This document shows positions 29,845 through 40,992 of a stretch of 64,000 bases of DNA, one piece after another. Each line of letters starts with the position of its first letter. Positions within the stretch are counted from its first letter, which is position 1. The notes beneath the pieces were generated by a model. It saw only the letters and a list, made by a program, of their open reading frames with translations, was not told where the DNA came from and did no database searches. This DNA is from Sedimentisphaerales bacterium. Lineage in GTDB: Bacteria; Planctomycetota; Phycisphaerae; Sedimentisphaerales; Anaerobacaceae. Position numbers and translations under genes: made by a program. The stretch lies in NCBI GenBank assembly GCA_963708075.1, contig OY970194.1:3328001-3392000 (forward strand), given 5' to 3'.

Positions 29845-30278
29845 GTGGCGGCAGCTTTCCCTTCCTTTACGAGTTTTTGGCGGTAATTCTGTACTCTATA
29901 TGTCTTTCTTTCGGCGATTGTCTCATTCGGACCAATGAACTTGGCAAAATCCTTGAGTTGAAGCGTCTGGCCGTAGAAGTAGCGACGCTTGATTTCCCCC
30001 GTGGCCACGCGGCTATCCTGATGCTCAAGATACCGGTTGCAAAGGTTCCTCAGTGTAACACCCGCGCCGGTGATCGGCAATTCGGCCTTGCCCGTGTGCA
30101 AAGAGGATGCATGCTCGTAGTATGATCGGAGAGCTTCCTGCCTGTCCTTGCCGAAGTAGTACATCCGGCCTCGAATCTTCTTGCAATACTGGCCGGTCGG
30201 ATGTAATGTGAGTGGGAACTTGTTTGAACGTTTTGAGGTGCCGTTTACAGGGCTGCGATTCTCTGACTGCTGTACCAT
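29845..30278 (-). pseudogene. Truncated tyrosine integrase (N-terminal arm/core-binding part only)
   Basis: KFPLTLHPTGQYCKKIRGRMYYFGKD...TLRNLCNRYL; no catalytic R-H-R-Y region; runs into the 3' end of the phosphotransferase gene; adjacent to a tRNA. Confidence 0.72.
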
Positions 30279-30399
30279 GATTACTATCTCCGTCACCCAA
30301 CCAGATACGATGTACTGAACGTGAAACCAGTATGGCGGTTGTAAAGCGGAAAATGCAGGATGCACGGAATTGCTATAATGCCTTGTAATACAACGATTT

Positions 30400-30473
30400 G
30401 CGCCCGTAGCTCAGTTGGATAGAGCAACGGATTTCTAATCCGTAGGCCGGGGGTTCGAATCCCTCCGGGCGCA
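30400..30473 (+). tRNA. tRNA-Arg (TCT)
   Basis: Acceptor GCGCCCG/CGGGCGC, D arm GCTC/GAGC, anticodon stem ACGGA-TTTCTAA-TCCGT, T loop GTTCGAATC; CCA not encoded. Confidence 0.96.
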
Positions 30474-30531
30474 ATTCACATTCCCGGCAATACGGCAAGG
30501 GGGCCCTTCGCGGCCAGCCTCCCGCATCGGA

Positions 30532-31887
30532 TCATGCCATGAGACTATGCACCTGCCGGATACTGTCGACGATATGATCGTTGATCCGCTGCGTGTACTT
30601 CGGGCCGATACGCACCTGGACGAACCGGTCGAAGATCCCCAGCGTCTGGCGGCAGCTATCCGGGCCGTACTGCATCGCCTTGCCCTCGGGACTGTGGAAT
30701 GAGGGCCAATTGGGATGCCGGGCCCGCTTGTTGATGACGGATTCCTCGATAGGCAGCAGCACGGAGCCTGTCAACGTGGACACCGGGACTTTTCGCTTCC
30801 GCAATTCCGCAATGCATCGGTCGCGCGCGGCCTCGTCCCGCACCTCAAAGTAAACGCCGTAGCCGATGTCGCCCTGCGGGTCGGGGCGTTGACGCAGGCG
30901 AATGCCGGCGATTCCCTTGATCCCGTCATAGATGGCCTCGGCATTGCCGCGCAATTGGGCGACCATCGTGTCGAGCTTGGTCAGTTGAGCGCCGAGCACG
31001 GCGCCGGTGAACTCGTTCATCCGGAAATTCTCTCCCGCGAACATCCGCACCTGGCTCGTCCCGATGCGATTCAGAAAGACATCACGTATCGAGCCCATAT
31101 CGTGAAAGCGGGCCGCACGCTCATAGATCAGCGGGTCGCTCGACACCGCCGCGCCGCCCTCGCCCGACGTGATCATCTTGTTGATCTGAAAGCTGTAGAT
31201 GCCCACGTCGCCGATGGAGCCCAGCTTTTTGCCGTGGTACGAGCCCCCGACGCACTGGGCACAATCCTCAAGGACCGCCACTCTGTGCTTTCGCGCGATC
31301 TCCATGATCGGATCCATGTCGGAGGGCCCGCCGAGCAGGTGGACGGCGATCACGGCCTTCGTGCGAGGGGTGATCTTGCGTTCAAAGTCCGCGGGGTCGA
31401 GATTGAACGTGCGATCGATGTCGGCAAAGACCGGCAGCGCCCCCGCGTGCACCACGCAGGTGTAGTCCGACCACCAGGTGTAGGCGGGGACAATCACTTC
31501 ATCGCCGGGCCCGATCCCCAGACCCGCCACCGCACAGTCGAGCGCCGCCGTACCGGATGTCACGGCCAGAGCGAAGCGTGCGCCCATATACTTAGTAAAT
31601 GCCTCTTCGAAGCGAAGCACCTTCTCCGGCCGGCCTGGGCCCCAGTACCGGAACGGCGAGCGGGATTCTATGACCTCTTGGAGCGCCTCCTCCTCGTGCT
31701 TATCGAAGAATTGCGGCCCAACATATCCCGGATCTATGTTCGGCAAGTCCGCCGCCTTCCCGCCCTGTTCGGCCATGAGCGGCCTTGCACCCAGGCCTGC
31801 TCCGCAGACGCCCAGGCAACTCGCAGTCAGGAACTCCCGGCGGGAGAGACTCGACGCCCCCCTGTTCGTGGTGTTGTGCACGCTCAT
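30532..31887 (-). CDS. DegT/DnrJ/EryC1/StrS PLP aminotransferase with Tat signal
   Basis: SD AAGGAGG; SRREFL; TSGTAAL, GIGPGDEVIVP, EDCAQ, SFQINKMITSGEGG. Confidence 0.92.
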   Translation of the reverse strand: MSVHNTTNRGASSLSRREFLTASCLGVCGAGLGARPLMAEQGGKAADLPNIDPGYVGPQFFDKHEEEALQEVIESRSPFRYWGPGRPEKVLRFEEAFTKYMGARFALAVTSGTAALDCAVAGLGIGPGDEVIVPAYTWWSDYTCVVHAGALPVFADIDRTFNLDPADFERKITPRTKAVIAVHLLGGPSDMDPIMEIARKHRVAVLEDCAQCVGGSYHGKKLGSIGDVGIYSFQINKMITSGEGGAAVSSDPLIYERAARFHDMGSIRDVFLNRIGTSQVRMFAGENFRMNEFTGAVLGAQLTKLDTMVAQLRGNAEAIYDGIKGIAGIRLRQRPDPQGDIGYGVYFEVRDEAARDRCIAELRKRKVPVSTLTGSVLLPIEESVINKRARHPNWPSFHSPEGKAMQYGPDSCRQTLGIFDRFVQVRIGPKYTQRINDHIVDSIRQVHSLMA

Positions 31888-32108
31888 GTTCAGCCTCCTT
31901 GTCGATCCGTTGGCACCGCCGCCGTTGCCAAGCCGACCTTCAGCCCGGCTCGCGGGAGTGCTGCACCAGTATATCACCGAGCCCGTCAACAACGACATAG
32001 TTCTTATGAATGAACGTTGGATGTCGCCGGGGCCGGAGGATAAAATGTGCACGCCGCTTTGGCCTGGTGGATTGATTGTATTGAAGGGATCTGGTCAGGG
32101 GACGACTC

Positions 32109-33454
32109 ATGTGGCTTGTCATTCTGCTTTTGTTGGCAATCGTCTTTATCATTCTGAGCACGACTCGCTTGAAATTGCACCCGTTCTTATCGCTGCTGCT
32201 GGCGGCGTTCGGCTATGGAATTTTCAGTGACAAGATGCCGCTGGAGGATGTGGCCAAAGCCATCAATTTCGGATTCGGCGACACGGTGGGCCGCATCGGC
32301 ATCGTGATCCTGGCAGGCTCCATCATCGGGACCTTTCTGGAAAAATCCGGCGGCGCCCGCAAGCTGGCCGAGCGGGTCCTCGCCCTGGTCGGCTATAAGA
32401 ATGTCCCTCTGGCCATGGGCGCCATCGGCTACATCGTCAGCATCCCGGTGTTCTGCGATTCGGGCTTCGTCATTCTGGCGCCGCTGGCCAAAGCCCTGTC
32501 GCGCAAGGCCAAGGTCTCTCTGGCTGCCAGCGCCATCGCGCTGAGCCTTGGCCTGTATGCTACCCATACGATGGTGCCGCCGACGCCCGGGCCCATCGGT
32601 GCTGCGGGCATTCTCAATGCGGACCTGGGCCTGGTGATCTTGTGGGGAATGCTGGTGGCGCTGGTTGCCCTGGCCGCCGGATGGTTGTTTGCTGTCCTGA
32701 TCGCGGCCAGAACGCCCATTGACCTGGGGTCGGAGCCCAACGTGCCTGATGCTGCAGGATCGACCGCTGAAGGTCCTTCCGCGTTCAAATCACTCATTCC
32801 CATCCTGCTGCCCATCATCCTGATCGTGCTCAAGTCGGTCAGCGACCAACTGCCTCACCCGCTGGGTGGTCCGAGTATTGGACGAATCATCAGCTTCGTC
32901 GGGCAGCCGGTGGTTGCGCTGCTCCTGGGTGTCTTCTTTGCCTTCCTGCTCCCGAAAAGACTCACCCGCGAGATGCTTTCGACTACTGGCTGGGTGGGCG
33001 AGGGCATTGTCGCCGCCTCCATCATCATTGTGGTCACGGCCTGCGGCGGATCGTTTGGAGAGGTGCTGAAGAAGTCCGGCATCGCCGACGTCGTCACCCA
33101 GTACCTCGGCACAAGCACACATCTCAGCATCTTCCTTCCCTTCGCCATTGCCGCTGCACTCAAGACCGCTCAAGGCTCCTCCACGGTCGCCATGACCGCG
33201 ACGGCGAGCATCATGCTGCCGCTTCTGGAGCCACTCGGGTCTGCAGCGGCGCCACGGCTCGCGCGCTGACCGTAGTCACCATCGGGGCCGGCTCCATGGT
33301 CGTCAGCCACGCGAATGACAGCTACTTCTGGGTCGTCACCGGCTTTTCGAACATGACTGTCAAGCAAGGCTATAAGCTTCAGACTGTGGGCACTCTCGTG
33401 CAAGGCTGTGTCTCTGTCGTCGCCCTGTGGGGCATCAGCCGCATCGTCCTGTGA
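32109..33454 (+). CDS. GntP-family permease; frameshift near 33240
   Basis: KLHPFLSLL, IPVFCDSGF, PPTPGP, LKTAQGSSTVA, then GAGSMVVSHANDSYFWVV in the next frame to TGA 33454. Confidence 0.88.
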
Positions 33455-33487
33455 CGCTCGCTTAGAAACGCTGGCGCCCGTCGCCGT

Positions 33488-33565
33488 GGGTGCCATGTCC
33501 TCGCTCGCGCGGACATGCTCCATCCATAGCCATCACATGCTTACGCGAGCGTAAGCATGGCGCCC
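33488..33565. repeat. REP-like inverted pair between convergent genes
   Basis: GGGTGCCATGTCC..GGACATG and CATGCTTACGCGAGCGTAAGCATGGCGCCC. Confidence 0.6.
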
Positions 33566-33587
33566 GGTCACCCATTGCCTTGCGTCT

Positions 33588-34946
33588 TTACGACTTCTGC
33601 CGCAGCTCGGCGTTTTGCGAGAGCAGCAGCCTCTGCACGGCGGCGACGTCAAGCTTTCGCGGCGGAACATTGCCTTTGGCTGCCAGGGCGGCTGCACAAC
33701 CGGAGGCGTGTCCGACCGCCATGGCGGGAGCCATGGAGCGCGCGGACTGGAACGGCCCCTGCTCACAGGAGATGCACCGACCGGTCAGGACCAGCCCATC
33801 GACCTTCTGCGGGACCAGCGAGCGATAAGGAATGTCGAAGCCCTCGTGATTGAAGAAGAATCGCTGGCCGTGATAGCTGGGCATCGGATTCGAGCTGATG
33901 GCGATCACGTCGGGGAACCGCGTGCCGTTGATGGCGTCCTGCTCCGTGACCGCATACTCGCCCAGGATGCGCCGCGTCTCGCGAACGCCGATGCCGGTGG
34001 CTATCTGCGATAAGTACACGGACTCGTTGCCCGGCGATTTCTTCAGTTGGCGGATCTGGTCCCACAGCTTCAATCGCGTCTCCACCTCGGCCCGCGTGAG
34101 ATTCTCTGCATCCAGCCCGTCGCCACTGAAGCCGGGTCCCCATTTGACCACGCGGTCGCCAAGCCGGATTCCGCCGGAAGACTCTTTGGCTCCTGGGGCC
34201 AATCCGCCCAGAATGTACATCAGGCTCATGCCCATGCGGTCGCCTTTGTCGGCAGGACTCATGAACGGCGCGCCCGCACGGGCGGCGATATCGCCATCGC
34301 CGGTGGCGTCGATCACGATATCAGCCGCAATCGCCTGTCGGCCCGACTTGGACTCCACGATGACTCCCGTGACGCGCGAGCCATCCTGCATCGGCGCAAC
34401 GACCCAACTGTGAAGACGCAGTGTCACGCCTTCTTTGCGGAGCAGGTTGAGTGAGGCGATTTTGGCAGCCTCCGGGTCGAAGCCGATGCAATAAGGTAGA
34501 TCGCCCGCCGTCACGTCGTGTTTGCTCTTGGGGTACGGATCGTCATCAGCGATGCCGTCGAGCCGGACAAGTTCGGCGATGTACTCGGCCGGGATACCCT
34601 TGACCGTCTGCAGCGCCTCGGGCGGCCGCTGATTGCGAAAGCCGTTGTAGCAGGTCATCAGCCCTGCCGTGCCATTACCGCCGAGGAATGGATACCGCTC
34701 GATCAGCAGGGTGCTCGCGCCGCTGCGTGCGGCGGCGGCCGCGGCAATCACACCGCTCGGCCCGCCTCCCGCTACGACCACTTGGTACCGCCCCACAATC
34801 GGCGTTTCCAGTTGCTCCTTGCACGATTTGGCTCCCGCCTGATCGCCTGCAGCAGAAGTCCCGCTAACGAAAGTTGCCCCCATGCCCAGAGCCGATCCCA
34901 GGAACTCGCGCCGGCCCAGCCCAGAATGACTTGTCGATTCAGACAT
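33588..34946 (-). CDS. FAD-dependent oxidoreductase with Tat signal
   Basis: GRREFLG; VVVAGGGPSG; IDATGDGD; GVRETRRILG; IPYRSLVP. Confidence 0.9.
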   Translation of the reverse strand: MSESTSHSGLGRREFLGSALGMGATFVSGTSAAGDQAGAKSCKEQLETPIVGRYQVVVAGGGPSGVIAAAAAARSGASTLLIERYPFLGGNGTAGLMTCYNGFRNQRPPEALQTVKGIPAEYIAELVRLDGIADDDPYPKSKHDVTAGDLPYCIGFDPEAAKIASLNLLRKEGVTLRLHSWVVAPMQDGSRVTGVIVESKSGRQAIAADIVIDATGDGDIAARAGAPFMSPADKGDRMGMSLMYILGGLAPGAKESSGGIRLGDRVVKWGPGFSGDGLDAENLTRAEVETRLKLWDQIRQLKKSPGNESVYLSQIATGIGVRETRRILGEYAVTEQDAINGTRFPDVIAISSNPMPSYHGQRFFFNHEGFDIPYRSLVPQKVDGLVLTGRCISCEQGPFQSARSMAPAMAVGHASGCAAALAAKGNVPPRKLDVAAVQRLLLSQNAELRQKS

Positions 34947-35131
34947 GATCTTTCTCCCGGTGAAACAAAACCCTGTACAGAACTTCACGCTCGTGCTCCC
35001 CGAGCGTCCATCTATGGCAGATAGCATACTGGACAACCGCCGCTTTTCAAATATTCCTGCACGTACTTGAAGTACGTGGAGAAAAGACATACAAGAACAG
35101 AGTACTACCGGCAGTTCGAAGGAGAGATCGA

Positions 35132-37432
35132 ATGATGAGCAACAAATGCCTGACAATCGCGTGGGTGGGCAGCGTCCTTCTGGCCGGCGCCGCGCACAGC
35201 GCCGCCGACGTATTGCCCGCGGGCGACACTCGGCCTGCCATCGAGTTCAAGCACTTTCCCGACCGCCTGCACGCATTTGTCTGGCGGAATTGGGAGATGG
35301 TGTCTTTGGAGCGAATGGCCGAAGTGCTCGGCACAACGCCTGAGAAGGTTCGCGAGATCGGGCATTCGATGGGCCTGCCGCCGCATGAGCAGCCCCCCGC
35401 CGAATACCAGCAGCGCGGCTACATCTCGATCATCCGGCGAAACTGGCATCTCCTGCCCTATGAGCAACTGCTGACACTGCTCGGCTGGGACGCCCAAAAG
35501 CTCGCCTTCACGCTCAAGGAAGACGATTTTCTCTGGATCAAGCTCGGCTCGCTCAAGCCCTCGTGTCCAGCGCTTCACTACGTCGAGCCCAACGAGGCCG
35601 TGACGAAGCGATGCGAGGAGATCAAGGCGATTGTCACCTCGCAGTTCGCGGATGAGTTCGCCAAACCCGCACGGCCGCGATTTGACTTCTTCGACGATAC
35701 CGCTGCGACACCGGCGATGCCCCCCGCTGACTCGAAGAAGCAGGTAAGGTTCCTGTACTCCTACTGCGGCGTGTTCGGCGACCCGCTGCTCACGCCGGAA
35801 CTCGACCCTTACCCCGATGAATTGCTTCAGCGGCTGTCCTCGCTCGGCGTCAACGGGGTCTGGCTGCACGTGGTGCTGCACCAGTTGGCCCCGGGCTCGA
35901 TATTCCCCGAATTGGGCGTGGGCCATGAGCGACGAATCGCCAATCTCCGCACGCTGGTAGACCGGGCGGCCAAATACGGGATTGACGTCTATCTGTACAT
36001 GAATGAGCCACGGGCCATGCCGGCGTCCTTCTTCGAGGGCCGGGAGGATATCAAGGGCGTTCAGGAAGGCAACTACTTCACGCTGTGCACCTCGGCTCCG
36101 CCGGTCAGGCGGTGGCTCATGGAGTCCCTCACCTATGTTTTCAAGCAGGTGCCCGGCTTAGGTGGCGTGTTCACAATCACCGCCTCCGAGAACCTGACGA
36201 ACTGCTACAGTCACAGCCGCTCGCCCGGCTGTCCCCGCTGCTCGAAACGCTCGGCGCGGGAGGTGATCGCGGAGGTGAACAAGGCGATTGCCGATGGCGT
36301 GTGGGCGGGCAGCCCGCAGGCAAAGGTGATCGTCTGGGACTGGGGCTGGCCGGATGAGGCCGAGCAGATCATCAAGGCGTTGCCGAATAATGTCTACTTC
36401 ATGAGCGTCAGCGAGTGGGACAAGCCCATCACCCGCGGCGGCGTGGCCACCACGGTCGGCGAGTACTCGCTGTCCGCCGTCGGGCCGGGCCCGCGGGCGA
36501 CGAAGCACTGGGCCATCGCCCGAGAGCGCGGGCTCAAGACAATCGCCAAGGTCCAGGTCAACTGCTCGTGGGAGCTGTCGGCCGTGCCGTACCTGCCTGT
36601 GATGTACCTGGTGGCCCAACATTCCAGTAACCTGGCCCAGGCGGATATTGACGGCCTCATGCTGAGCTGGAGCGTGGGCGGGTACCCGTCGCCGAACCTG
36701 CAATTGGCGAGCGAGTTCCAGTCACAGCCGGCCCCCACCGTGGACGAGGCCGTCGCGAAGGTCGCCCGGCAGCGCTACGGCGAGGCGGCTGCCCCTGATG
36801 TCCTGGCGGCGTGGCGGAAGTTCAGCGACGCCTTCACGGAGTACCCGTTCCATGGAGGCTTCGTCTACAACGGTCCCGTGCAGTGCGGTCCGGCGAACCT
36901 CTTGTACCCCGAGCCGACCGGCTACAAGGCGACGATGGTCGGATTCCCCTACGATGACGTGGACGGCTGGCGGGCGGTATACCCGGCCGAGATCCTCGCG
37001 GAGCAATTCGAGAAGATCGCCGTGGGTTGGCGGGAGGGTCTCCGCAGCTTCCAGACCGCGGACTCCAAGGTGGAGACCGCCGCCCAGCGAGCCAACCTCC
37101 GCGAGGATATGGCTCTCGCTCAAGCCGCCTATGCACATTTCCGGGGCGTCACCAACCAGACTCGATTTGTCCTGGCGAGAAATGCGTTGCTTTCGGGACC
37201 GCTTAAAGACGCCGAGCGAGAGGCACAGATTGACATCATCCGAAAGATTGCCACGGGTGAGATGTATAATGCCAGGGCGCTATTCTCCCGGACACGCGCC
37301 GACCCCCGTATCGGGTTCGAAGCGTCCAACCACTATTACTATCTCCCGCTGGACCTGGTGGAGAAAGTGATCAACTGCCGGTACATAATCGACGCCTGGC
37401 TGCCCCGCATCTCGGCTGGACAAGGACAATGA
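35132..37432 (+). CDS. Secreted hypothetical protein, possible glycoside hydrolase (TIM-barrel-like)
   Basis: Signal peptide; LGVNGVWLH, YGIDVYLYMNEP, ITASENLTNC. Confidence 0.65.
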   Translation: MMSNKCLTIAWVGSVLLAGAAHSAADVLPAGDTRPAIEFKHFPDRLHAFVWRNWEMVSLERMAEVLGTTPEKVREIGHSMGLPPHEQPPAEYQQRGYISIIRRNWHLLPYEQLLTLLGWDAQKLAFTLKEDDFLWIKLGSLKPSCPALHYVEPNEAVTKRCEEIKAIVTSQFADEFAKPARPRFDFFDDTAATPAMPPADSKKQVRFLYSYCGVFGDPLLTPELDPYPDELLQRLSSLGVNGVWLHVVLHQLAPGSIFPELGVGHERRIANLRTLVDRAAKYGIDVYLYMNEPRAMPASFFEGREDIKGVQEGNYFTLCTSAPPVRRWLMESLTYVFKQVPGLGGVFTITASENLTNCYSHSRSPGCPRCSKRSAREVIAEVNKAIADGVWAGSPQAKVIVWDWGWPDEAEQIIKALPNNVYFMSVSEWDKPITRGGVATTVGEYSLSAVGPGPRATKHWAIARERGLKTIAKVQVNCSWELSAVPYLPVMYLVAQHSSNLAQADIDGLMLSWSVGGYPSPNLQLASEFQSQPAPTVDEAVAKVARQRYGEAAAPDVLAAWRKFSDAFTEYPFHGGFVYNGPVQCGPANLLYPEPTGYKATMVGFPYDDVDGWRAVYPAEILAEQFEKIAVGWREGLRSFQTADSKVETAAQRANLREDMALAQAAYAHFRGVTNQTRFVLARNALLSGPLKDAEREAQIDIIRKIATGEMYNARALFSRTRADPRIGFEASNHYYYLPLDLVEKVINCRYIIDAWLPRISAGQGQ

Positions 37433-39799
37433 AGGGAACGCACATGAGAGTCATCACGATAATCCTGGCTGCGGCAATGATGTCGTCAGGTCAGGCGCAG
37501 GACGGGAGCGTCATCAAGAAAGCCTTGAGGCTGGACCAAGGGGGCGAGAACCTGCTCAGGGCGAATGCATGGACCGGCTACCAGAAGGGGTTCGTGAAGG
37601 ACGGCGACACGTTCTTCTGCGACAACGGCACGGATGCCCAGGCCCCGCGGGGAATCTCGCAGACAGTGACTTTGAATCAGACAAAACCGGAGCCGATCGT
37701 CGCCACGGCGTGGAGCAAAGCCGAAGGCGTCGGAGGCGGCCGCGATAATGATTACTCTCTGTATCTCGACCTCCTGTACACCGACGGCACGCCTCTCTGG
37801 GGCCAGGTGGACAGCTTCAACGTGGGCACACACGATTGGGAAAAAGCCCAGGTCATCGTGTTTCCGGAGAAGCCGGTAGCGCGGGTTTCGTTTTACATGC
37901 TGCTCCGCAGCCACGCGGGAAAAGCCTGGTTCCGCGATCCGCAACTGAAGACCATCAGCGCCTTCCTGTTCGACGGCGTCCCTGTCCAGCAGGTGAGCCC
38001 CGCACCGGAAGGACTCCAAGTCCGTGACGTTGCCACGGAGTCGGACTTTGTCGCCATCGAGCGAAGTGCCCTGGACCTGAAACTAGATTGCCGGACGCTG
38101 GAGACCGGCGGCGCGACCTTCTTCGATGTGACGCTGCAAGATACCTCCGGCAAAGACCGAGCTGTAACGCTGGTGTATGCGGTACCGCTGCCAGCGGCCG
38201 ACTGGCGGTGGCTTCAAGATCTACGATACAGCACCGCCACGGTAGAGGGGCGGGAGTACATTAGCGCGACGCGGTTCCGTGCCGGCGCTAACGGTCGGCT
38301 GTCGCGATATCCTTTCGGGGCGGTGGCCAGTTCCAGCGAGGGCATGGCACTCGGGATCGATATGGCGCAGCCGGCTTTCTTCCGCGTAGGATACAATGCC
38401 GGGACGCGGGAGCTTTTCCTCGCATACGACATCGGCCTGACACCCGAGAAACCGTCGGCCACCCTGCGATTCTGTAAGTTCCTGTTCGATCCGAGATGGC
38501 AGTTCCGCGGCGCTCTGGCACGGTTCTACGAGTTGTTCCCCGAGCAATTCCGGACGCGCATCGCACGACAGGGCCTGTGGATGCCTTTCGCCAAAATCAG
38601 CGAGGTCAAGGGCTGGGAGGACTTCGACTTCCGGTTCAAGGAAGGCAACAATGAGAACCCGGTGGGACGACGAGCATGATATCATCACCTTCCGCTACAC
38701 GGAGCCGATGACGTGGTGGATGTCCATGCCCACGGACATGCCCCGCACGCTGGAGGCCGCCGTCGCGGAGGCGAAGCGTCTGGCCGCCAGTCGTATCGAT
38801 GCTCAGGCCCTGTTCACCAGCGGCTATCACGACGAGACGGGCCAGTTCGCCGCCCGCCTGCTTGACACGCCCTGGTGCAACGGCGCGGTCTGGAGCATGA
38901 ACTCCATGCCCGAGATCGCCGGCCAGGTCACCGATTTCAAAAACAAGTGGAATCCGGAACTTCGTGGGAAGCTGTACGGGCCGGCAGCCAATGGGGCATT
39001 GGATGGCGAGTACATCGACTCCAGCGAGGGGTATGTCACGGATGAGCTGGATTTCCGGAGGGATCACTTCAGCGCTGCGAGGACGCCGCTGACATTCTCG
39101 CTCGACAGCCGCAAGCCGGCGATCTTCCGCGGCCTGATCGTGTTCGAGTACGTGCGCGCCATCGGCCGGGACATCCACTCGATGGACAAGTACATGATGG
39201 CCAATGGCACACCCTATGGCCTGTGCTGGCTGGCGCCACTGCTGGACGTGCTGGGCACCGAGACGGACTGGAACCCCGGCGGAAAATGGCAGCCGATGTC
39301 GGACAGTGATCTTCTCTATCGCCGTGCCCTGTGCAGGGGCAAACCCTACTGCTTTCTCATGAACACCGAATTCGAGCGGTTCTCGCATGAGGCGGTCGAG
39401 AAGTATATGAAGCGGTCCCTTGCCTACGGCATGTTCCCCGGCTTCTTCAGCGCCAATGCCTCAACGGGCCACTACTTTGCCCGGTCCGAGCTTTACGACC
39501 GTGACCGAGATCTCTTCAAGAAGTACGTGCCGCTGTGCAGACTGGTCGCCGAGGCCGGCTGGGAGCCCGTCACGGGAGCACGCTCGGATAAGGAGGCCGT
39601 CTACGTCGAGCGTTATGGCGACAGATACCTGACAATCTTCAATGACACCGACCGAGTGCAAGAGACACGCATATCGATTGACGCCGGCACGACCGGTCCG
39701 GTATCAGACCTCGTGGCAGGCCGGACCGTCCAGTTCCAGAATGGAAGGGCCACACTCTCGCTCGGCCCCGAGGATGTGGCCGTTCTCCAAATGCACTGA
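37429..39799 (+). CDS. Secreted CBM-containing putative glycoside hydrolase; frameshift at 38653-38659
   Basis: N-terminal GENLL...GTHDWEK CBM-like domain; LDGEYIDS; removing one A from GAGAACC joins 37429..38679 and 38651..39799 (EGNNE-TRWDDEH). Confidence 0.7.
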
Positions 39800-39882
39800 A
39801 CTGTACTGATTTGGAGAAACCCTCGCGAGGCAGAGACCCTGCCGTGCGACTGCATTTCGTGGCATGCGATGTGCTCCGCCAT

Positions 39883-39994
39883 GTAGGGCGAGCGTCCCCG
39901 CTCGCCCAGGTCGTGCGGGGACGCACAACCTACATAAGACGCCCGTGGCCTTCCGCGGGACCGGCCGGGTGGGCAGGAAACCTGCCCATCCTAC
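39883..39994. repeat. Inverted pair of GTAG-type REP palindromes
   Basis: GTAGGGCGAGCG tccc CGCTCGCCC and GGGTGGGCAGG aaa CCTGCCCATCCTAC. Confidence 0.6.
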
Positions 39995-40992
39995 TTTTTG
40001 AACACGCTTGTGGCGTAGATCAGCGGCTCGAAAGTCGGCAGGTCCTTCATCTTTACGGCTCCCCACGTCGTGTTCAGGTGTCCGAGCATCCGCGGGTTGT
40101 TGATCGTCCTGGAGTAGTCCACGAAAGCTTTGGTTACTTCCGGCTTCTTCCAGCTCGCCGGCCACACGCGGAACCCTTTCTCCACGAACATGGGCACCGA
40201 TTCATACGCCTGGCGAGGCTCGTAGTGCCAGTCACAGATGATGATGTCCTTGCCAATCCGGTCAATGGCCGGTGCGGTGCCGTTCTCGCTGGCCTCCCAT
40301 TTGCCATACTTGATCTTGCCGGCGTCGATCAGGCGGTCGCCCCACATCAACATCTCGATCTTCTTCTCCTCCACGAGATGTTTGTGGTAGTCGTTGACGG
40401 CCTTGGCGAAAAGCTCCGCCTTGTCCTTGCCCTTGCAGCGAGGGCATGCGTCCTCGCCGATCAGAAAGACCTCGTCCAGCCCGACGTGCAGGGCGTCCGC
40501 CTGGAACGCGTCGATCAGCTCGTCCATGAGGCTGAAGATGATGGGATTAACCTCGGGATGCAAGGGACACCAGCTTCGGCAGTAGATGCCTTCGTTATTC
40601 GGGTACAGCCCGGGCGTTTCATCGAACTGCGGGTACTTGGTCAGCAGAGGAGCCGTGCGTTTGCTCCAGGACTGGTGCCCCAGGCACTGGAACTGGGGGA
40701 TGAGCCGGACCTGATGCGCCTTGCACTCCGCCGCCAGTTTTCTGATCTGCTCCTTATTGCTGCCATTGTCCGACCGCAGCTCCGGGTGCGACTGGTACTC
40801 GAAACCGTAGTTGATCTCCGCGACAATGGCATTGATGCCGAGGTCCGCCAGCCTGGCGACTACCTCGGTCAACTGGGCCGTGTTGTCCTTGCCGTTGAGC
40901 CCGACGTGAACGCCCAACCAGGGCTTAGACTCCCCCGCTGTGCAGATCGACGATACAGCGAGGACCGCTACCATCAGAATCGACGTTTTCAT
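39991..40992 (-). CDS. GH20-like glycoside hydrolase, secreted
   Basis: Signal peptide; LIPQFQCLGH, HVGLDEV, MWGDRL, ICDWHY. Confidence 0.8.
   Translation of the reverse strand: MKTSILMVAVLAVSSICTAGESKPWLGVHVGLNGKDNTAQLTEVVARLADLGINAIVAEINYGFEYQSHPELRSDNGSNKEQIRKLAAECKAHQVRLIPQFQCLGHQSWSKRTAPLLTKYPQFDETPGLYPNNEGIYCRSWCPLHPEVNPIIFSLMDELIDAFQADALHVGLDEVFLIGEDACPRCKGKDKAELFAKAVNDYHKHLVEEKKIEMLMWGDRLIDAGKIKYGKWEASENGTAPAIDRIGKDIIICDWHYEPRQAYESVPMFVEKGFRVWPASWKKPEVTKAFVDYSRTINNPRMLGHLNTTWGAVKMKDLPTFEPLIYATSVFKK

Noticed and set aside
29586..30365. 259-aa ORF as a complete integrase
   Set aside because: Integrase-like sequence stops near 29845 and the rest is antisense to the phosphotransferase gene; no catalytic residues.
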